A stretch of DNA of 53,115 nt from an uncultured PS1 clade bacterium. Lineage in GTDB: Bacteria; Pseudomonadota; Alphaproteobacteria; MED-G09. The number at the start of each line of letters is the position of its first letter. Within the stretch, counting starts at the first letter, position 1. The notes under the pieces were generated by a model. The model saw only the letters and a program-made list of their open reading frames with translations. It searched no databases and had not been told where the DNA came from. The DNA is taken from NCBI GenBank assembly GCA_902533755.1, contig CACANC010000005.1, positions 1-53,115 of the forward strand. The letters are read 5' to 3'. Of the stretch, positions 1-10,262 are shown piece after piece. A program made the translations under genes and the position numbers.

Positions 1-160
1 CAATAGAGCTTAAGTATTCACCATTTGATGAATCTTTTTCTTTGTAAGCCCAATGTGCTGCTACTCCTCTCTCATTAATCTCATGCATTTTATTCGTTCT
101 TATTTGAATTTCAACACGATGATTATTTGGACCATTGAATGTTAAATCCCTAATGGATCT
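1..160 (-). pseudogene. spoT: RelA/SpoT (Rsh) synthetase-domain fragment, inverted relative to the downstream C-terminal fragment; runs off the window start
   Basis: Minus-strand translation of 2..160 reads [53 protein letters not shown]. This contains the RelA_SpoT hallmark (E)IQIRT...[10 protein letters not shown]. The frame is closed on its upstream side by TGA TAG at 161-166. Confidence 0.7.
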
Positions 161-713
161 CTATCAATTAGTAGGTTCAGGAAAATCATCTGGTTCTGAA
201 GTTTATGATCATGTTTATCCAAAAACCAAACGAAAGACAAAGAGAAAAAGATATTACAGTAAGAATATTTCTTTACAGATTTCCGGATTACTTCCTGATA
301 TGGATGTAAGCTTTCAAAAAAATTCCTTGCTTGTTCCTGGAGATAATATAATCGGAATAACTGTCCCAGGTAAGGGAATTACAATCTATCATGCTAAAGA
401 TGAAGAGCTTCATAAACATGAAAACAGCCCTGAAAGATGGTTAAGACTTCAATGGAAAAAAGAAATTGATGTAACATTTACTGCTAGAATTATGTTAAGC
501 ATTATAAATGAGGTTGGTTCCTTGGGCATTATCAGTGCTGCAATTGCTGATTATGGTGGAAATATAACAAATTTAAATTTAGCAGAAAAAGATACTGACT
601 TTTACAACTTAAGGATTGATATTGATGTTGATGATAAAGGTCATATTGATAATATAGTTAAATCTTTGAAGGGCCTTCCAGAGGTTAATTCAGTTGAGAG
701 GTTAATACATTAA
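135..713 (+). CDS. spoT: RelA/SpoT C-terminal region (linker plus ACT/RRM-like domain) with no N-terminal hydrolase/synthetase/TGS part in this frame
   Basis: The segment [27 protein letters not shown]...WLRLQWKK...[33 protein letters not shown] matches the conserved C-terminal layout of RelA/SpoT. An in-frame TGA at 120-122 prevents extension upstream. The track start is a TTG. Confidence 0.7.
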   Translation: MNVKSLMDLYQLVGSGKSSGSEVYDHVYPKTKRKTKRKRYYSKNISLQISGLLPDMDVSFQKNSLLVPGDNIIGITVPGKGITIYHAKDEELHKHENSPERWLRLQWKKEIDVTFTARIMLSIINEVGSLGIISAAIADYGGNITNLNLAEKDTDFYNLRIDIDVDDKGHIDNIVKSLKGLPEVNSVERLIH

Positions 714-1294
714 TGAATGAAAAAGAATTAATTGAAGATTTTAAAAACTGTGGTGCCTTATTAGAAGGTCATTTCATATTATCTTCAGGATTACATTCAA
801 CTAAATATCTTCAGTGTGCTTTAGCCCTATCAAACCCAATATTAGCAAAGAAAATTACAAAAGCTCTTGGTGAAAAGATAATTAAAGAGTTTAATAAAAA
901 AATTGATTATGTAATTGCTCCGGCAATGGGCGGTCTGATTATTGGTCATGAAATTGCTATGTTTTTAAATTTACCTTTTATGTTTCTAGAGAGAGTTAAT
1001 GGTGAATTTGAACTAAGAAGAGGCTTTTCTTTTGAAAAAAATTCAAATTTTCTAATGATTGAAGATGTTGTTACTACAGGTCTATCCTCTATGGAAGCAA
1101 TTAAGGTTGTTAATGATATGGGTGGAAATGTGATAGGTGAAGCTGCAATAATAGATCGTTCAGGAGGCGAGGTGGATATTGGTATAGATTTAGTAACCTT
1201 ACTATCTCTCAATATTCCTACATTTGACAAAAATAATATTCCAGATGATTTAAAATCAATCGAAGCTGAGAAACCAGGTAGTAGAAGTTTATAA
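713..1294 (+). CDS. pyrE: orotate phosphoribosyltransferase
   Basis: 193 aa with the PRPP-binding motif FLMIEDVVTTGLS and an N-terminal GALLEGHFILSSGLHS. Confidence 0.93.
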   Translation: MNEKELIEDFKNCGALLEGHFILSSGLHSTKYLQCALALSNPILAKKITKALGEKIIKEFNKKIDYVIAPAMGGLIIGHEIAMFLNLPFMFLERVNGEFELRRGFSFEKNSNFLMIEDVVTTGLSSMEAIKVVNDMGGNVIGEAAIIDRSGGEVDIGIDLVTLLSLNIPTFDKNNIPDDLKSIEAEKPGSRSL

Positions 1295-1297
1295 TCA

Positions 1298-1777
1298 ATG
1301 GAAAATAAAAAAAAATTAAGAAAAATTAATTTTTCAAAATTAATTAAAATTTCTGATACCCCGCATTCTATTTCATTGGGTTTTTCTATTGGTGTATTTG
1401 CTTCTTTTACTCCTTTAATTGGAGTACATATTATTCTTGCAATCCTTTTATCATGGATTCTAAAAGCTAATTATTTTTCTTCTGTTTTAGGAACATTTGT
1501 TGGAACACCGCTAACTTACCCTTTTATTTGGTTCTCCTCTCTTTATGTTGGTAATATCTTTATTCCTATCGAAGATTTTAATTTAATAGAGTTAGGGAAT
1601 TCTTCTTTTTATTCATTAGAGATTTTATCAAATATAAAACCTCTAATACCCTCTTTTTTAATTGGCGCTTTAATGGTAGGTCTAACGTCTGCATTTTTAT
1701 CATATTTTTTTGTTAAGAAATCGATTATTTTTTATCGAAAGAAGAAAAGATTAAGAAAAGGAATTTCTAATGACTGA
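1298..1777 (+). CDS. DUF2062-family small membrane protein
   Basis: TPHSISLGFSIGVFASFTPLIGVHIILAI plus hydrophobic segments. It sits at the conserved position between spoT/pyrE and pdxJ seen in alphaproteobacteria. Confidence 0.75.
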   Translation: MENKKKLRKINFSKLIKISDTPHSISLGFSIGVFASFTPLIGVHIILAILLSWILKANYFSSVLGTFVGTPLTYPFIWFSSLYVGNIFIPIEDFNLIELGNSSFYSLEILSNIKPLIPSFLIGALMVGLTSAFLSYFFVKKSIIFYRKKKRLRKGISND

Positions 1778-2513
1778 AACTCTAGATATAAAGTTAGGTG
1801 TTAATATTGATCATATAGCAACACTTAGAAATGCCAGAGGAGAGAAGTTCCCTGATCCCATAAAAGCTGCTGAGATAGCTCTAAATTCAGGCGCTGACTC
1901 AATAACAGCTCATTTACGTGAAGACAGAAGGCATATTAAAGATGAAGATATTAGCAATATTATAAAAAAATTTCCTGGCAAATTAAATCTTGAGATTGCT
2001 GCAAATGAAGAGATGAAAAATATTGCTTTGGAAGTTAACCCTTTTTCTTGTTGTATTGTCCCAGAAAGAAGAGAAGAGGTAACAACCGAGGGCGGCTTAG
2101 ATGTCTTGAGTAATTCAAATTATTATAAAAAATTAAATAATATTCTTAGAGAGCAGGGCATAAGAACATCTTTTTTTATTGATCCTGTTGTTGACCAAGT
2201 AAAATCTTCTATTGATTGCGACGTTGAATGTGTAGAGTTTCATATGGGAAAATACTGTAAATTATTTTATGAAGATAAAGATCAAGCTGAAATAGAGTTT
2301 AAAAAAATACATGATTTATCTATTTTTGCTTATGAATCAGGTCTTGAAGTCCATCTTGGTCATGGTTTAGATTTTGATACTACAAAAAAAGTTACAGATA
2401 TACCTTGTCTTCAAGAAGTAAATATTGGCTTTTTTCTTATCGCTGACTCAATTTTTTCAGGATTAGAAAATTCTATTAGAAAAATGAAAGACATTTGTAA
2501 TCGTGATTTTTAA
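1770..2513 (+). CDS. pdxJ: pyridoxine 5'-phosphate synthase
   Basis: LGVNIDHIATLRNARG...DSITAHLREDRRHIKDEDI and a C-terminal EVNIGFFLIADSIF. Confidence 0.95.
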   Translation: MTETLDIKLGVNIDHIATLRNARGEKFPDPIKAAEIALNSGADSITAHLREDRRHIKDEDISNIIKKFPGKLNLEIAANEEMKNIALEVNPFSCCIVPERREEVTTEGGLDVLSNSNYYKKLNNILREQGIRTSFFIDPVVDQVKSSIDCDVECVEFHMGKYCKLFYEDKDQAEIEFKKIHDLSIFAYESGLEVHLGHGLDFDTTKKVTDIPCLQEVNIGFFLIADSIFSGLENSIRKMKDICNRDF

Positions 2514-2525
2514 TTGGAGGTGTAA

Positions 2526-2924
2526 TTGATTATCGGTATAGGCAATGATCTTATCAATGTTAATAGAATTGAGAACACTCTTTCAAAATTTGGCGATAGA
2601 TTTATTAAAAGAGTATTTACTGATATAGAAATTAAAAAATCAGAAGGTAGATTAAAAAAATCATCTTCATATGCAAAAAGATTTGCAGCTAAAGAAGCTG
2701 TTACAAAAGCTCTTGGCACAGGGTTAAGTAGTGGCGTATTTTTTAAAGATATAGGGGTAGAAAATGATAAATACGGTAAGCCTTCAATTGTACTAACTGG
2801 CGGAGCTAAATTAAGACTTGAGAATATTATTCCGAAAAATCATAAGGCTAAGATAAATTTAACAATCACAGATGATTTTCCTTGGGCTCAAGCAATAGTA
2901 ATCATTGAAGCAATAACCGAATAA
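2526..2924 (+). CDS. acpS: holo-[acyl-carrier-protein] synthase
   Basis: MIIGIGNDLINVNRIE...FAAKEAVTKALGTG. TTG start with GGAGG 6 nt upstream. Confidence 0.92.
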   Translation: MIIGIGNDLINVNRIENTLSKFGDRFIKRVFTDIEIKKSEGRLKKSSSYAKRFAAKEAVTKALGTGLSSGVFFKDIGVENDKYGKPSIVLTGGAKLRLENIIPKNHKAKINLTITDDFPWAQAIVIIEAITE

Positions 2925-2941
2925 CCATAGATTGTATTTTA

Positions 2942-3694
2942 ATGGCAAAAGCAAAGAAAAAAGAAAATTTTATTTTATCATTTTTATGGATACTTTTACT
3001 TGCCTTACTTTTTCGATCATTTCTTTTTACTAGTTACAATATTCCAACTGGTTCGATGATTAATACCCTTAAAATAGGAGATTATATTTTTGCATCAAAA
3101 TGGACTTATGGTTATTCAAAACATTCATTACCATTCAGTCTGCCATTAATTCCTCATAGATTTTTTTCCTCTTCACCCGAAAGAGGTGATGTAATTATTT
3201 TTAAACTACCTTCAGATAATTCTACAGATTATGTTAAGCGTGTTATAGGTGTTCCTGGTGATAATATTCAAATCGTAAATGGCAAAGTATCACTAAATGG
3301 TAAATTATTATCTTATGAAGTTATTGGAAAAAATATCAATAATCGCTTCGTAAATCCCAACAATCGATCTTTAGGTTGTTATAACCAAGAATCGATTTTA
3401 CTAAAAGAAACTCTTCCAAATGGAAAATCTTATGAAATTCTTGATACTTATCAAAATTTGCCTCAAGATAATTCTCAAATATACAGAGTTCCACCTAATC
3501 ATTATTTTGTGATGGGTGATAACAGAGATAACTCTCAAGATAGTAGATTTCTTAATAAAGTTGGTTTTATACCGCACGATAACCTTGTTGGTAAAGCAGA
3601 GGTAAAGTTTTTTTCATGGCATTGGAGAAAGCTTGGCAAAAAAAATTGTGATGCAAGCGTAAGATGGAAAAGAATATTTAGACCAATTCATTAA
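2942..3694 (+). CDS. lepB: signal peptidase I
   Basis: N-terminal TM segment, catalytic-Ser region IPTGSMINTL, YVKRVIGVPGD, and GDNRDNSQDSRF. Confidence 0.95.
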   Translation: MAKAKKKENFILSFLWILLLALLFRSFLFTSYNIPTGSMINTLKIGDYIFASKWTYGYSKHSLPFSLPLIPHRFFSSSPERGDVIIFKLPSDNSTDYVKRVIGVPGDNIQIVNGKVSLNGKLLSYEVIGKNINNRFVNPNNRSLGCYNQESILLKETLPNGKSYEILDTYQNLPQDNSQIYRVPPNHYFVMGDNRDNSQDSRFLNKVGFIPHDNLVGKAEVKFFSWHWRKLGKKNCDASVRWKRIFRPIH

Positions 3695-4378
3695 ATGAAA
3701 AGTAAATTAAAATATATAAATACCTTAGAACAAAAAATTAATTATAATTTTAATAATAAAGATTTGTTAGAAGAAGCATTAACCCATTCAAGCTTCAAAA
3801 ATAAATCTAATTCAAATCAAGAAAGACTTGAATTCTTAGGTGACAGAGTTTTAGGTCTTGTTATTGCGGAATTCCTGTTTAAAAGTTTTTTAAGTGAAAG
3901 AGAAGGTGTTTTGACTAATAAGTTTCGTTACTTAATCCAAAATAAACAATGCACAAAGATTGCAGAAAAATTAGATATTACTAATTATCTTCAGGTTGGT
4001 AATTCTGAAAAAAACAAAATAACTAATTCAATTTTAGCAGACTCCATAGAGGCTCTTTTAGGAGCTATTTATTTGGATGGGGGATATGATGAGTCTAAAA
4101 AAGTAATCTTATCTTTATGGGATGAATATTTGGACAATGATGAAATGCTTAATGCAACTGTGAGTTCAAAAAATATCTTACAAGAGTATTTGCATGCTAA
4201 TAGTTTAACAGAAGCCACTTATTTAGTTATTTCTAAAGATGGAGAAGATCATAATCCTAACTTTCTAGTTGAGGTCTCTGTAGATAAGCTTGGAAAAACA
4301 GATGCTTTTGGAAAATCTATAAAAGAGGCAGAAATTAATGCTGCCAAAAAATTTATTGATGAGTTTGAAATTGGATAA
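3695..4378 (+). CDS. rnc: ribonuclease III
   Basis: NQERLEFLGDRVLGLVIAEFLF signature and a C-terminal dsRBD (KSIKEAEINAAKKFI). Confidence 0.95.
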   Translation: MKSKLKYINTLEQKINYNFNNKDLLEEALTHSSFKNKSNSNQERLEFLGDRVLGLVIAEFLFKSFLSEREGVLTNKFRYLIQNKQCTKIAEKLDITNYLQVGNSEKNKITNSILADSIEALLGAIYLDGGYDESKKVILSLWDEYLDNDEMLNATVSSKNILQEYLHANSLTEATYLVISKDGEDHNPNFLVEVSVDKLGKTDAFGKSIKEAEINAAKKFIDEFEIG

Positions 4379-5273
4379 AATAAGAAAATCAAATATTGTT
4401 GTTAGTATTATTGGTCCCAGTAATTCAGGAAAATCAACATTATTGAACAAAGTTTTAGGTGAAAAAGTTTCTATTGTAAGTCGAAAAGTTCAAACTACTA
4501 GAATGGGATTAAGAGGAATACTCAACAATAATGAAACTCAAATTATTTTTATTGATACCCCTGGTTTGTTTGAAGCTAAAACTATTTTTGAAAAAGCGAT
4601 GGTCGAAAATGCATTTGCTAATTTAAATGATGCCGATCTTATTTATTTTTTAATAGATGGATCAAGAAAGTTAAGTAATTTTGATAAAAAGGTTTTAAAA
4701 TATTTTAAAAACTTTAAAAAAGAAGCTTTTTTAATAATCAATAAAATTGATCTTATTGAAAAAAAACAATTACTTGAAATCACAAATATTATTAATTCAT
4801 ATTTTCCGTTTAAAAAAACATTCTATATTTCTGCAAAAAACAAAGAAGGTATAAATGACTTACTGTTAGAAACAAATCATGAAGCTAATTCTGAAGGATG
4901 GTTGTATCCAGAGGACCAATATACAAATCTCCAAAGCGCCATTCTATGTGAAGAAATAACTAGAGAGAAAATATTTAATCATGTGCATGAGGAGGTTCCT
5001 TATGGCTCAATAGTAAAAACTGATAGCTGGTCAGATAAGAAGAAAGTTTTAAAAATAGGTCAAACTATCTATGTAAAAAAAAATAATCACAAAGGAATTA
5101 TTCTTGGAAAAGAAGGTTCAAAAATAAAAGAAATAGGTACTGCCTCAAGAATTGATTTAGAAAAAATATTCAATAAAAAGATATTTTTAAGTTTAGATGT
5201 AAAAGTAGATAAAAATTGGGATAAAGATCCAAAATATTTCAATAAGCTAGGCCTTGAGGTGAAGAAAAGATAA
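4338..5273 (+). CDS. era: GTPase Era
   Basis: G1 GPSNSGKSTLLN, G3 DTPG, NKID, and a C-terminal KH domain (GKEGSKIKEIG). The start is uncertain; an alternative ATG lies at 4359. Confidence 0.92.
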   Translation: MLPKNLLMSLKLDKIRKSNIVVSIIGPSNSGKSTLLNKVLGEKVSIVSRKVQTTRMGLRGILNNNETQIIFIDTPGLFEAKTIFEKAMVENAFANLNDADLIYFLIDGSRKLSNFDKKVLKYFKNFKKEAFLIINKIDLIEKKQLLEITNIINSYFPFKKTFYISAKNKEGINDLLLETNHEANSEGWLYPEDQYTNLQSAILCEEITREKIFNHVHEEVPYGSIVKTDSWSDKKKVLKIGQTIYVKKNNHKGIILGKEGSKIKEIGTASRIDLEKIFNKKIFLSLDVKVDKNWDKDPKYFNKLGLEVKKR

Positions 5274-5274
5274 G

Positions 5275-5994
5275 ATGCAATTAAATGATACTGCAATAGT
5301 CTTAAATACCAGAAAATACAATGATAGCTCGATAATAATGAAAGTTATTACTGAAAACAACGGTATTTATTCTGGTTTAGTTAGAATAAAAAAAAATCAA
5401 GGTGGTTTTGGAGTAAATATAACCGGAAATAAACTAAATTTAATGTGGAGAGCTAGGTTATCTGAGCATTTAGGTTTTTTTACAACTGAATTAAATAAAT
5501 CCAGAGCTCATGAAATCATGAAAGATCAAATTTTCTTATCTGGCATTAATTTAATTTGTTCTCATCTCGATCTTTACCCTGAAAGGGAGCCTTGCCAAAA
5601 TATTTATATTGAATTTGATAATTTAATTGATAATTTTAATAAAAAAGAGAAGATTTGGATAAAGAAACTTATTGAATTTGAATTTAATTACCTAGAATTT
5701 ATGGGTTTTGGAATTGATTTATCAGAATGTGCTCTAACGGGAACAACAGATTCATTGGAATGGGTTTCACCAAAATCTGGTAGAGCTGTAAACTCTAAAG
5801 CTGGAAAAAAATGGTCAAAAAAGCTTCTTAAACTACCTCCCTTCCTCTTAGATAAAAAAATAGATGCAGATAAAAATGATCTTATTGATGGATTAAATTT
5901 AACCGGTCATTTTTTGAGAAAACAAATTTATTCTGATTTAAATAAAGACTTACCCTCTTCAAGAAAAAAAATAATTGATTCACTAAAAAATTAG
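5275..5994 (+). CDS. recO: DNA repair protein RecO
   Basis: Size, position after era, and an internal C..TG motif region (LSECALTGT). The sequence is divergent. Confidence 0.8.
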   Translation: MQLNDTAIVLNTRKYNDSSIIMKVITENNGIYSGLVRIKKNQGGFGVNITGNKLNLMWRARLSEHLGFFTTELNKSRAHEIMKDQIFLSGINLICSHLDLYPEREPCQNIYIEFDNLIDNFNKKEKIWIKKLIEFEFNYLEFMGFGIDLSECALTGTTDSLEWVSPKSGRAVNSKAGKKWSKKLLKLPPFLLDKKIDADKNDLIDGLNLTGHFLRKQIYSDLNKDLPSSRKKIIDSLKN

Positions 5995-6022
5995 GAATCT
6001 ATGTATAAAATTTTTATTACAA

Positions 6023-8227
6023 ATGAATTTAATAGATCAATATAAAGATATAGAAATAGTTGATGCCCTTGAAGAAAGGTACTTAGCATATGCATTAACA
6101 ACGATAATGGATAGAGCTCTTCCCGATGTAAAAGATGGCCTAAAACCAGTACACAGAAGACTTCTTTTTGCAATGAGACAACTAAATTTATCTCCTAATT
6201 CTTCATTTAAAAAATCCGCAAGAATAGTAGGGGAGGTAATGGGAAGATTTCATCCCCACGGTGATCAAGCAATTTATGATACATTGGTAAGATTAGCTCA
6301 AGATTTTTCTGTAAGATGGCCATTAATTAATGGGCAGGGGAATTTTGGGAATATTGATGGCGATAATGCTGCTGCAATGCGTTATACAGAATCAAAATTA
6401 ACTACAATTTCTGAGTTATTATTATCTGGAATTGATGAAGAATCTGTTGATTTTAGATTAACATACGATGAAGTTGATAAAGAGCCTATTGTTTTACCTG
6501 CAAATTTCCCTAATCTTCTTGCAAATGGATCATCAGGAATTGCTGTTGGTATGGCGACATCGATACCTCCGCACAATGTTGAAGAGATATGCAATGCATC
6601 ACTCCATCTTATAAAACATAGAAATATGCATTTTGATAAACTAATTGATTTTATTCCTGGGCCTGATTTTCCTACTGGAGGAGAAATTTTTGAATCTAAA
6701 GATTCAATCCTTAATATTTATAAAACAGGGAAAGGAAATATAAGGATAAGAGCTAAGTGGGAAATTGAAAAAGAAAAAAGAGGGGTATGGAAGATTGTTG
6801 TTAATGAAATACCATACCAAGTTAATAAGGGTAAATTAATTGAAAAAATAGCTCAACTTATTATAGATAAAAAAATACCCATACTTGACGATATTCGTGA
6901 TGAATCTGATGAAAGTATTAGATTAATTTTAGTTCCCAGAAATAGAGATGTAGATCCCGAGCAATTAATGGAAGCTTTATTTAGTCTATCAGATTTAGAA
7001 ACTAGGTTTTCAGTTAATTTAAATGCAATAAACAATAATATACCTAAGGTACACAATCTTCGTGATTTACTTCTTGCTTGGATTGATCACAGAAGGGATG
7101 TGCTTGTAAGAAGAAGTACATTTAAGTTAAATCAAATTAAAACCCGAATGGAAATATTAAGTGGCTATTTAATTGTTTATGTAAATCTTGATGAGGTTAT
7201 CAAAATTATTAGAGAAGAAGATGAGCCAAAAATTAAATTAAAAAAGAAATTTGATTTAAATGATAATCAAGCCAATTCAATTTTAAATATGCGTCTTAGG
7301 TCATTAAGGAAGTTAGAAGAACTAAAAATTAAAGAAGAATATGACTCATTAAAAATAGAGAAATCAATTTTAGGTAAACTAATTAAATCAGATGATATTC
7401 AATGGAAGGAGGTATCAAAAGAAATTAAAGAAATAAAAAAAGATTTTTCTAAAAAAACAGACTTAGGAAAAAGAAGAACAAAAATTAACTATAATGCAGA
7501 AATTTTAGATATTGATCTTAATTTTTCTGAACCTGCAGAACCTATTACTGTTGTCTTATCAAAAGAGGGTTGGATCAAGACACTAAAAGGCCTTGATAAT
7601 GATGTTGCAGAAATTAAATTTAAAGATGGAGATGACTTACTTTTTATTCATGAAACAATGAGTGATGAAAAGCTTTTAATTTTTTCTTCAAATGGAAAAT
7701 TTTATACAATTGATGCAAGTCAACTTCCTTCTGGAAGAGGTTATGGAGATCCGTTAAAGCTCTTAATTGATCTACAAGATGATGATAAAATTATTTCCTT
7801 ATATTCGTTTTCTCAAGCTGGAGAACTAGTTATAGCTTCAAAATTTGGATATGGTTTTATAGTATCTTTTGAGGATTTGATTTCAAATAGAAAAGCTGGA
7901 AAACAAATATTAAACTTATCAAGCGATGATGAGGCTATTAGTTCAGATTATTTAAAAGGAACCAATATTGCGGTTATTGGCGAAAATAAAAAAATGTTAT
8001 TATTTAATCAAGAAGAACTCCCTAGGATGTCAAAAGGCAAAGGAGTTAGACTTCAGAAATATAAAGAAGGAAATCTTAAATCGATTATAAGTTTTAATTA
8101 TAGCGAAGGATTAAACATTGTTGATAATAATGGAAGAAATAGAAATTTTGATGATATTGAAAATTGGCTAGGAAAAAGAGGCCAAGCAGGCAAAAAAGCT
8201 CCTAAGGGCTTTCCTAGAAACTTCTAA
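6023..8227 (+). CDS. parC: DNA topoisomerase IV subunit A
   Basis: 734 aa with [31 protein letters not shown] and AAMRYTE. It is shorter than the gyrA paralog at 38594. Confidence 0.92.
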   Translation: MNLIDQYKDIEIVDALEERYLAYALTTIMDRALPDVKDGLKPVHRRLLFAMRQLNLSPNSSFKKSARIVGEVMGRFHPHGDQAIYDTLVRLAQDFSVRWPLINGQGNFGNIDGDNAAAMRYTESKLTTISELLLSGIDEESVDFRLTYDEVDKEPIVLPANFPNLLANGSSGIAVGMATSIPPHNVEEICNASLHLIKHRNMHFDKLIDFIPGPDFPTGGEIFESKDSILNIYKTGKGNIRIRAKWEIEKEKRGVWKIVVNEIPYQVNKGKLIEKIAQLIIDKKIPILDDIRDESDESIRLILVPRNRDVDPEQLMEALFSLSDLETRFSVNLNAINNNIPKVHNLRDLLLAWIDHRRDVLVRRSTFKLNQIKTRMEILSGYLIVYVNLDEVIKIIREEDEPKIKLKKKFDLNDNQANSILNMRLRSLRKLEELKIKEEYDSLKIEKSILGKLIKSDDIQWKEVSKEIKEIKKDFSKKTDLGKRRTKINYNAEILDIDLNFSEPAEPITVVLSKEGWIKTLKGLDNDVAEIKFKDGDDLLFIHETMSDEKLLIFSSNGKFYTIDASQLPSGRGYGDPLKLLIDLQDDDKIISLYSFSQAGELVIASKFGYGFIVSFEDLISNRKAGKQILNLSSDDEAISSDYLKGTNIAVIGENKKMLLFNQEELPRMSKGKGVRLQKYKEGNLKSIISFNYSEGLNIVDNNGRNRNFDDIENWLGKRGQAGKKAPKGFPRNF

Positions 8228-9777
8228 TTAAATATATAACTTGGTAACCATGTTGCTACCCCTGGGAATACTGATAACAAAATTAGCACCATCATTTGTA
8301 TAAGAATAAACGGGATTACTCCTTTATATATATCTGAAGTTTTTACTGAGTCTGGTGCAACTCCTCTTAAATAAAAGAGAGCAAATCCAAATGGAGGCGT
8401 TAAGAAGCTTGTCTGAAGATTAATAGCCATCATAACACCCAGCCAAACCGGGTCTATACCCATTTGAAGAATGATTGGAGCTACTATAGGTACCACAACA
8501 AAAGTTATCTCAATAAAATCTAAGAAGAAACCAAGTAAGAACATTGATATCATAACTATAAGTATTGCACTAAAAGTTCCTCCAGGAAGACTTGTAAGAA
8601 AATGCTCTATAGTTTCATCTCCACCCAAACCCCTAAAAACAAGACTAAAGAATGTTGCTCCAATTAATATAATAAAGACCATAGAAGTAATTTTGGTAGA
8701 TGATCTTGCTGCATCAATTAAAACACCACTTAAATACAACTTATATATACTTAAAAGTGTAGAGATTATGAAGATAACAAAAATTATTACTGCTAAAAAT
8801 ATATTAAAAGTTTCATAAAGATTTAAATCGACTCTATTAAGCCTTAAATCAAATAAAAAATTAAGAACCAAAAGGGCGATAAATGAAAATGTTGATACTA
8901 ATGTCCAAAAATTTTCTTTAGCTATTCTATTTGCGGCCAATAAAATTGAACCAATTGCTCCAACTGAAGCTGCCTCAGTAGGCGTTGCAAAACCTGTTAA
9001 TATTGATCCTAGAACAGCAATGATTAATGCCAGAGGAGGAAATAAGGTTTTGAATAGCTCTTTATAACTTATTTCATTTTCTTCAATGAGAATTTCAGGG
9101 GTAGAATTAGGATCAAATAATGCTTTCAAAAATTGATAAAAAATATAAAGAGAAACGAGTAACAATCCTGGAAAAAGTGACCCTGCAAATAAATCACCTA
9201 CAGAAACTGTATCTGGTGAAAAAATTCCCATTTGTAATTGTGATTGCTGATAAGCATTTGAAATAACATCACCAAGAAGAATTAATACAATTGAGGGTGG
9301 AATTATTTGTCCTAATGTTCCTGCTGCAGTTATTACTCCAGTAGCTAATTTTGGGTTATAGCCATTTTTTAACATTGTAGGTAATGATAAAAGCCCCATT
9401 GTTACTACTGTTGCACCCACAATTCCAGTTGAAGCAGCTAATAATGCTCCTACAAGGGTAACTGATATACCAAGCCCACCCTTTACATGTCTTAATAATT
9501 TACTCATATTTTCAAGTAAATCTTCAGCCACCTTCGATTTTTCTAAAATTGTTCCCATGAAAATAAATAAAGGAACTGCCATTAAGACTTCATTTGTCAT
9601 TGTTCCAAAAATTCTTTGTGGAATAGCTTTTAAGAATTGTATTGGAAAAACACCAAAATAGTCCCCAACTAAAGCAAAAATAATTGCAATACCTGCTAAA
9701 GAGAATGCTACTGGAAAACCTAAAAGAAGGACCAAGATTGCTACAGCAAACATCAATAAATCTAAATATTCTATCAT
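8224..9777 (-). CDS. dctM: TRAP transporter large permease subunit (DctM family), unusually long at 517 aa
   Basis: Polytopic membrane protein in an operon with DctQ- and DctP-like genes (4-nt and 1-nt overlaps). Confidence 0.88.
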   Translation of the reverse strand: MIEYLDLLMFAVAILVLLLGFPVAFSLAGIAIIFALVGDYFGVFPIQFLKAIPQRIFGTMTNEVLMAVPLFIFMGTILEKSKVAEDLLENMSKLLRHVKGGLGISVTLVGALLAASTGIVGATVVTMGLLSLPTMLKNGYNPKLATGVITAAGTLGQIIPPSIVLILLGDVISNAYQQSQLQMGIFSPDTVSVGDLFAGSLFPGLLLVSLYIFYQFLKALFDPNSTPEILIEENEISYKELFKTLFPPLALIIAVLGSILTGFATPTEAASVGAIGSILLAANRIAKENFWTLVSTFSFIALLVLNFLFDLRLNRVDLNLYETFNIFLAVIIFVIFIISTLLSIYKLYLSGVLIDAARSSTKITSMVFIILIGATFFSLVFRGLGGDETIEHFLTSLPGGTFSAILIVMISMFLLGFFLDFIEITFVVVPIVAPIILQMGIDPVWLGVMMAINLQTSFLTPPFGFALFYLRGVAPDSVKTSDIYKGVIPFILIQMMVLILLSVFPGVATWLPSYIFN

Positions 9778-10262
9778 TTTTTTATTTTTAAATTATTAAT
9801 TGAGCTGAATAAAATAACTAGGGCTTGAATAAATAGTAGAATTGGAAAAATTATCAAAGTAGTTTTATATATATATGTAGCATTTAAACCGCTTGTTTCA
9901 GGCGATCCTTCCAAAATTTTCCAAGATCTAATAACGTATGGGTAGCTCATTAAAAATGTAACTATTATAAATGGCATAAGAAGAGTTAATGTTCCGATTA
10001 AATTGACAACATTTTTAAATTTTTTAGATGACTCTCTATAAAATGAATCAACTCTTACATGTTCATCATATAACAATGTATAACCTGCAGCTACAGTAAA
10101 TAATGTTCCATGCATATAGATCATTAATTCTTGAAGTTTGATAAACCCTAATCCAAATACATATCTTGAAAGTACGGTTACTATTTGTACAATAACCATT
10201 ATAATTATTAGCCAAGAAATATAACGACCAATATATTCGTTAATTGATTTCAGGATATGCAT
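9774..10262 (-). CDS. dctQ: TRAP transporter small permease subunit (DctQ family)
   Basis: 162 aa with 4 predicted TM segments, lying between DctP-like and DctM-like genes. Confidence 0.85.
   Translation of the reverse strand: MHILKSINEYIGRYISWLIIIMVIVQIVTVLSRYVFGLGFIKLQELMIYMHGTLFTVAAGYTLLYDEHVRVDSFYRESSKKFKNVVNLIGTLTLLMPFIIVTFLMSYPYVIRSWKILEGSPETSGLNATYIYKTTLIIFPILLFIQALVILFSSINNLKIKK

Noticed and set aside
946-1230. This and many other antisense ORFs nested in well-supported genes: 2510-2719, 4265-4450, 5087-5296, 5991-6173, 6382-6594, 6853-7056, 8471-8818, 12398-12691, 12593-12784, 14833-15108, 17593-17922, 20582-20788, 28047-28319, 30395-30640, 31117-31419, 36296-36499, 39601-39939, 42513-42785, 45106-45294, 47620-47841, 47953-48138 and 52086-52325.
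   Set aside because: Each lies fully inside or opposite a gene with clear family motifs. They have low-complexity, Ser/Ile/Phe-rich translations and no RBS context. They are chance open frames.
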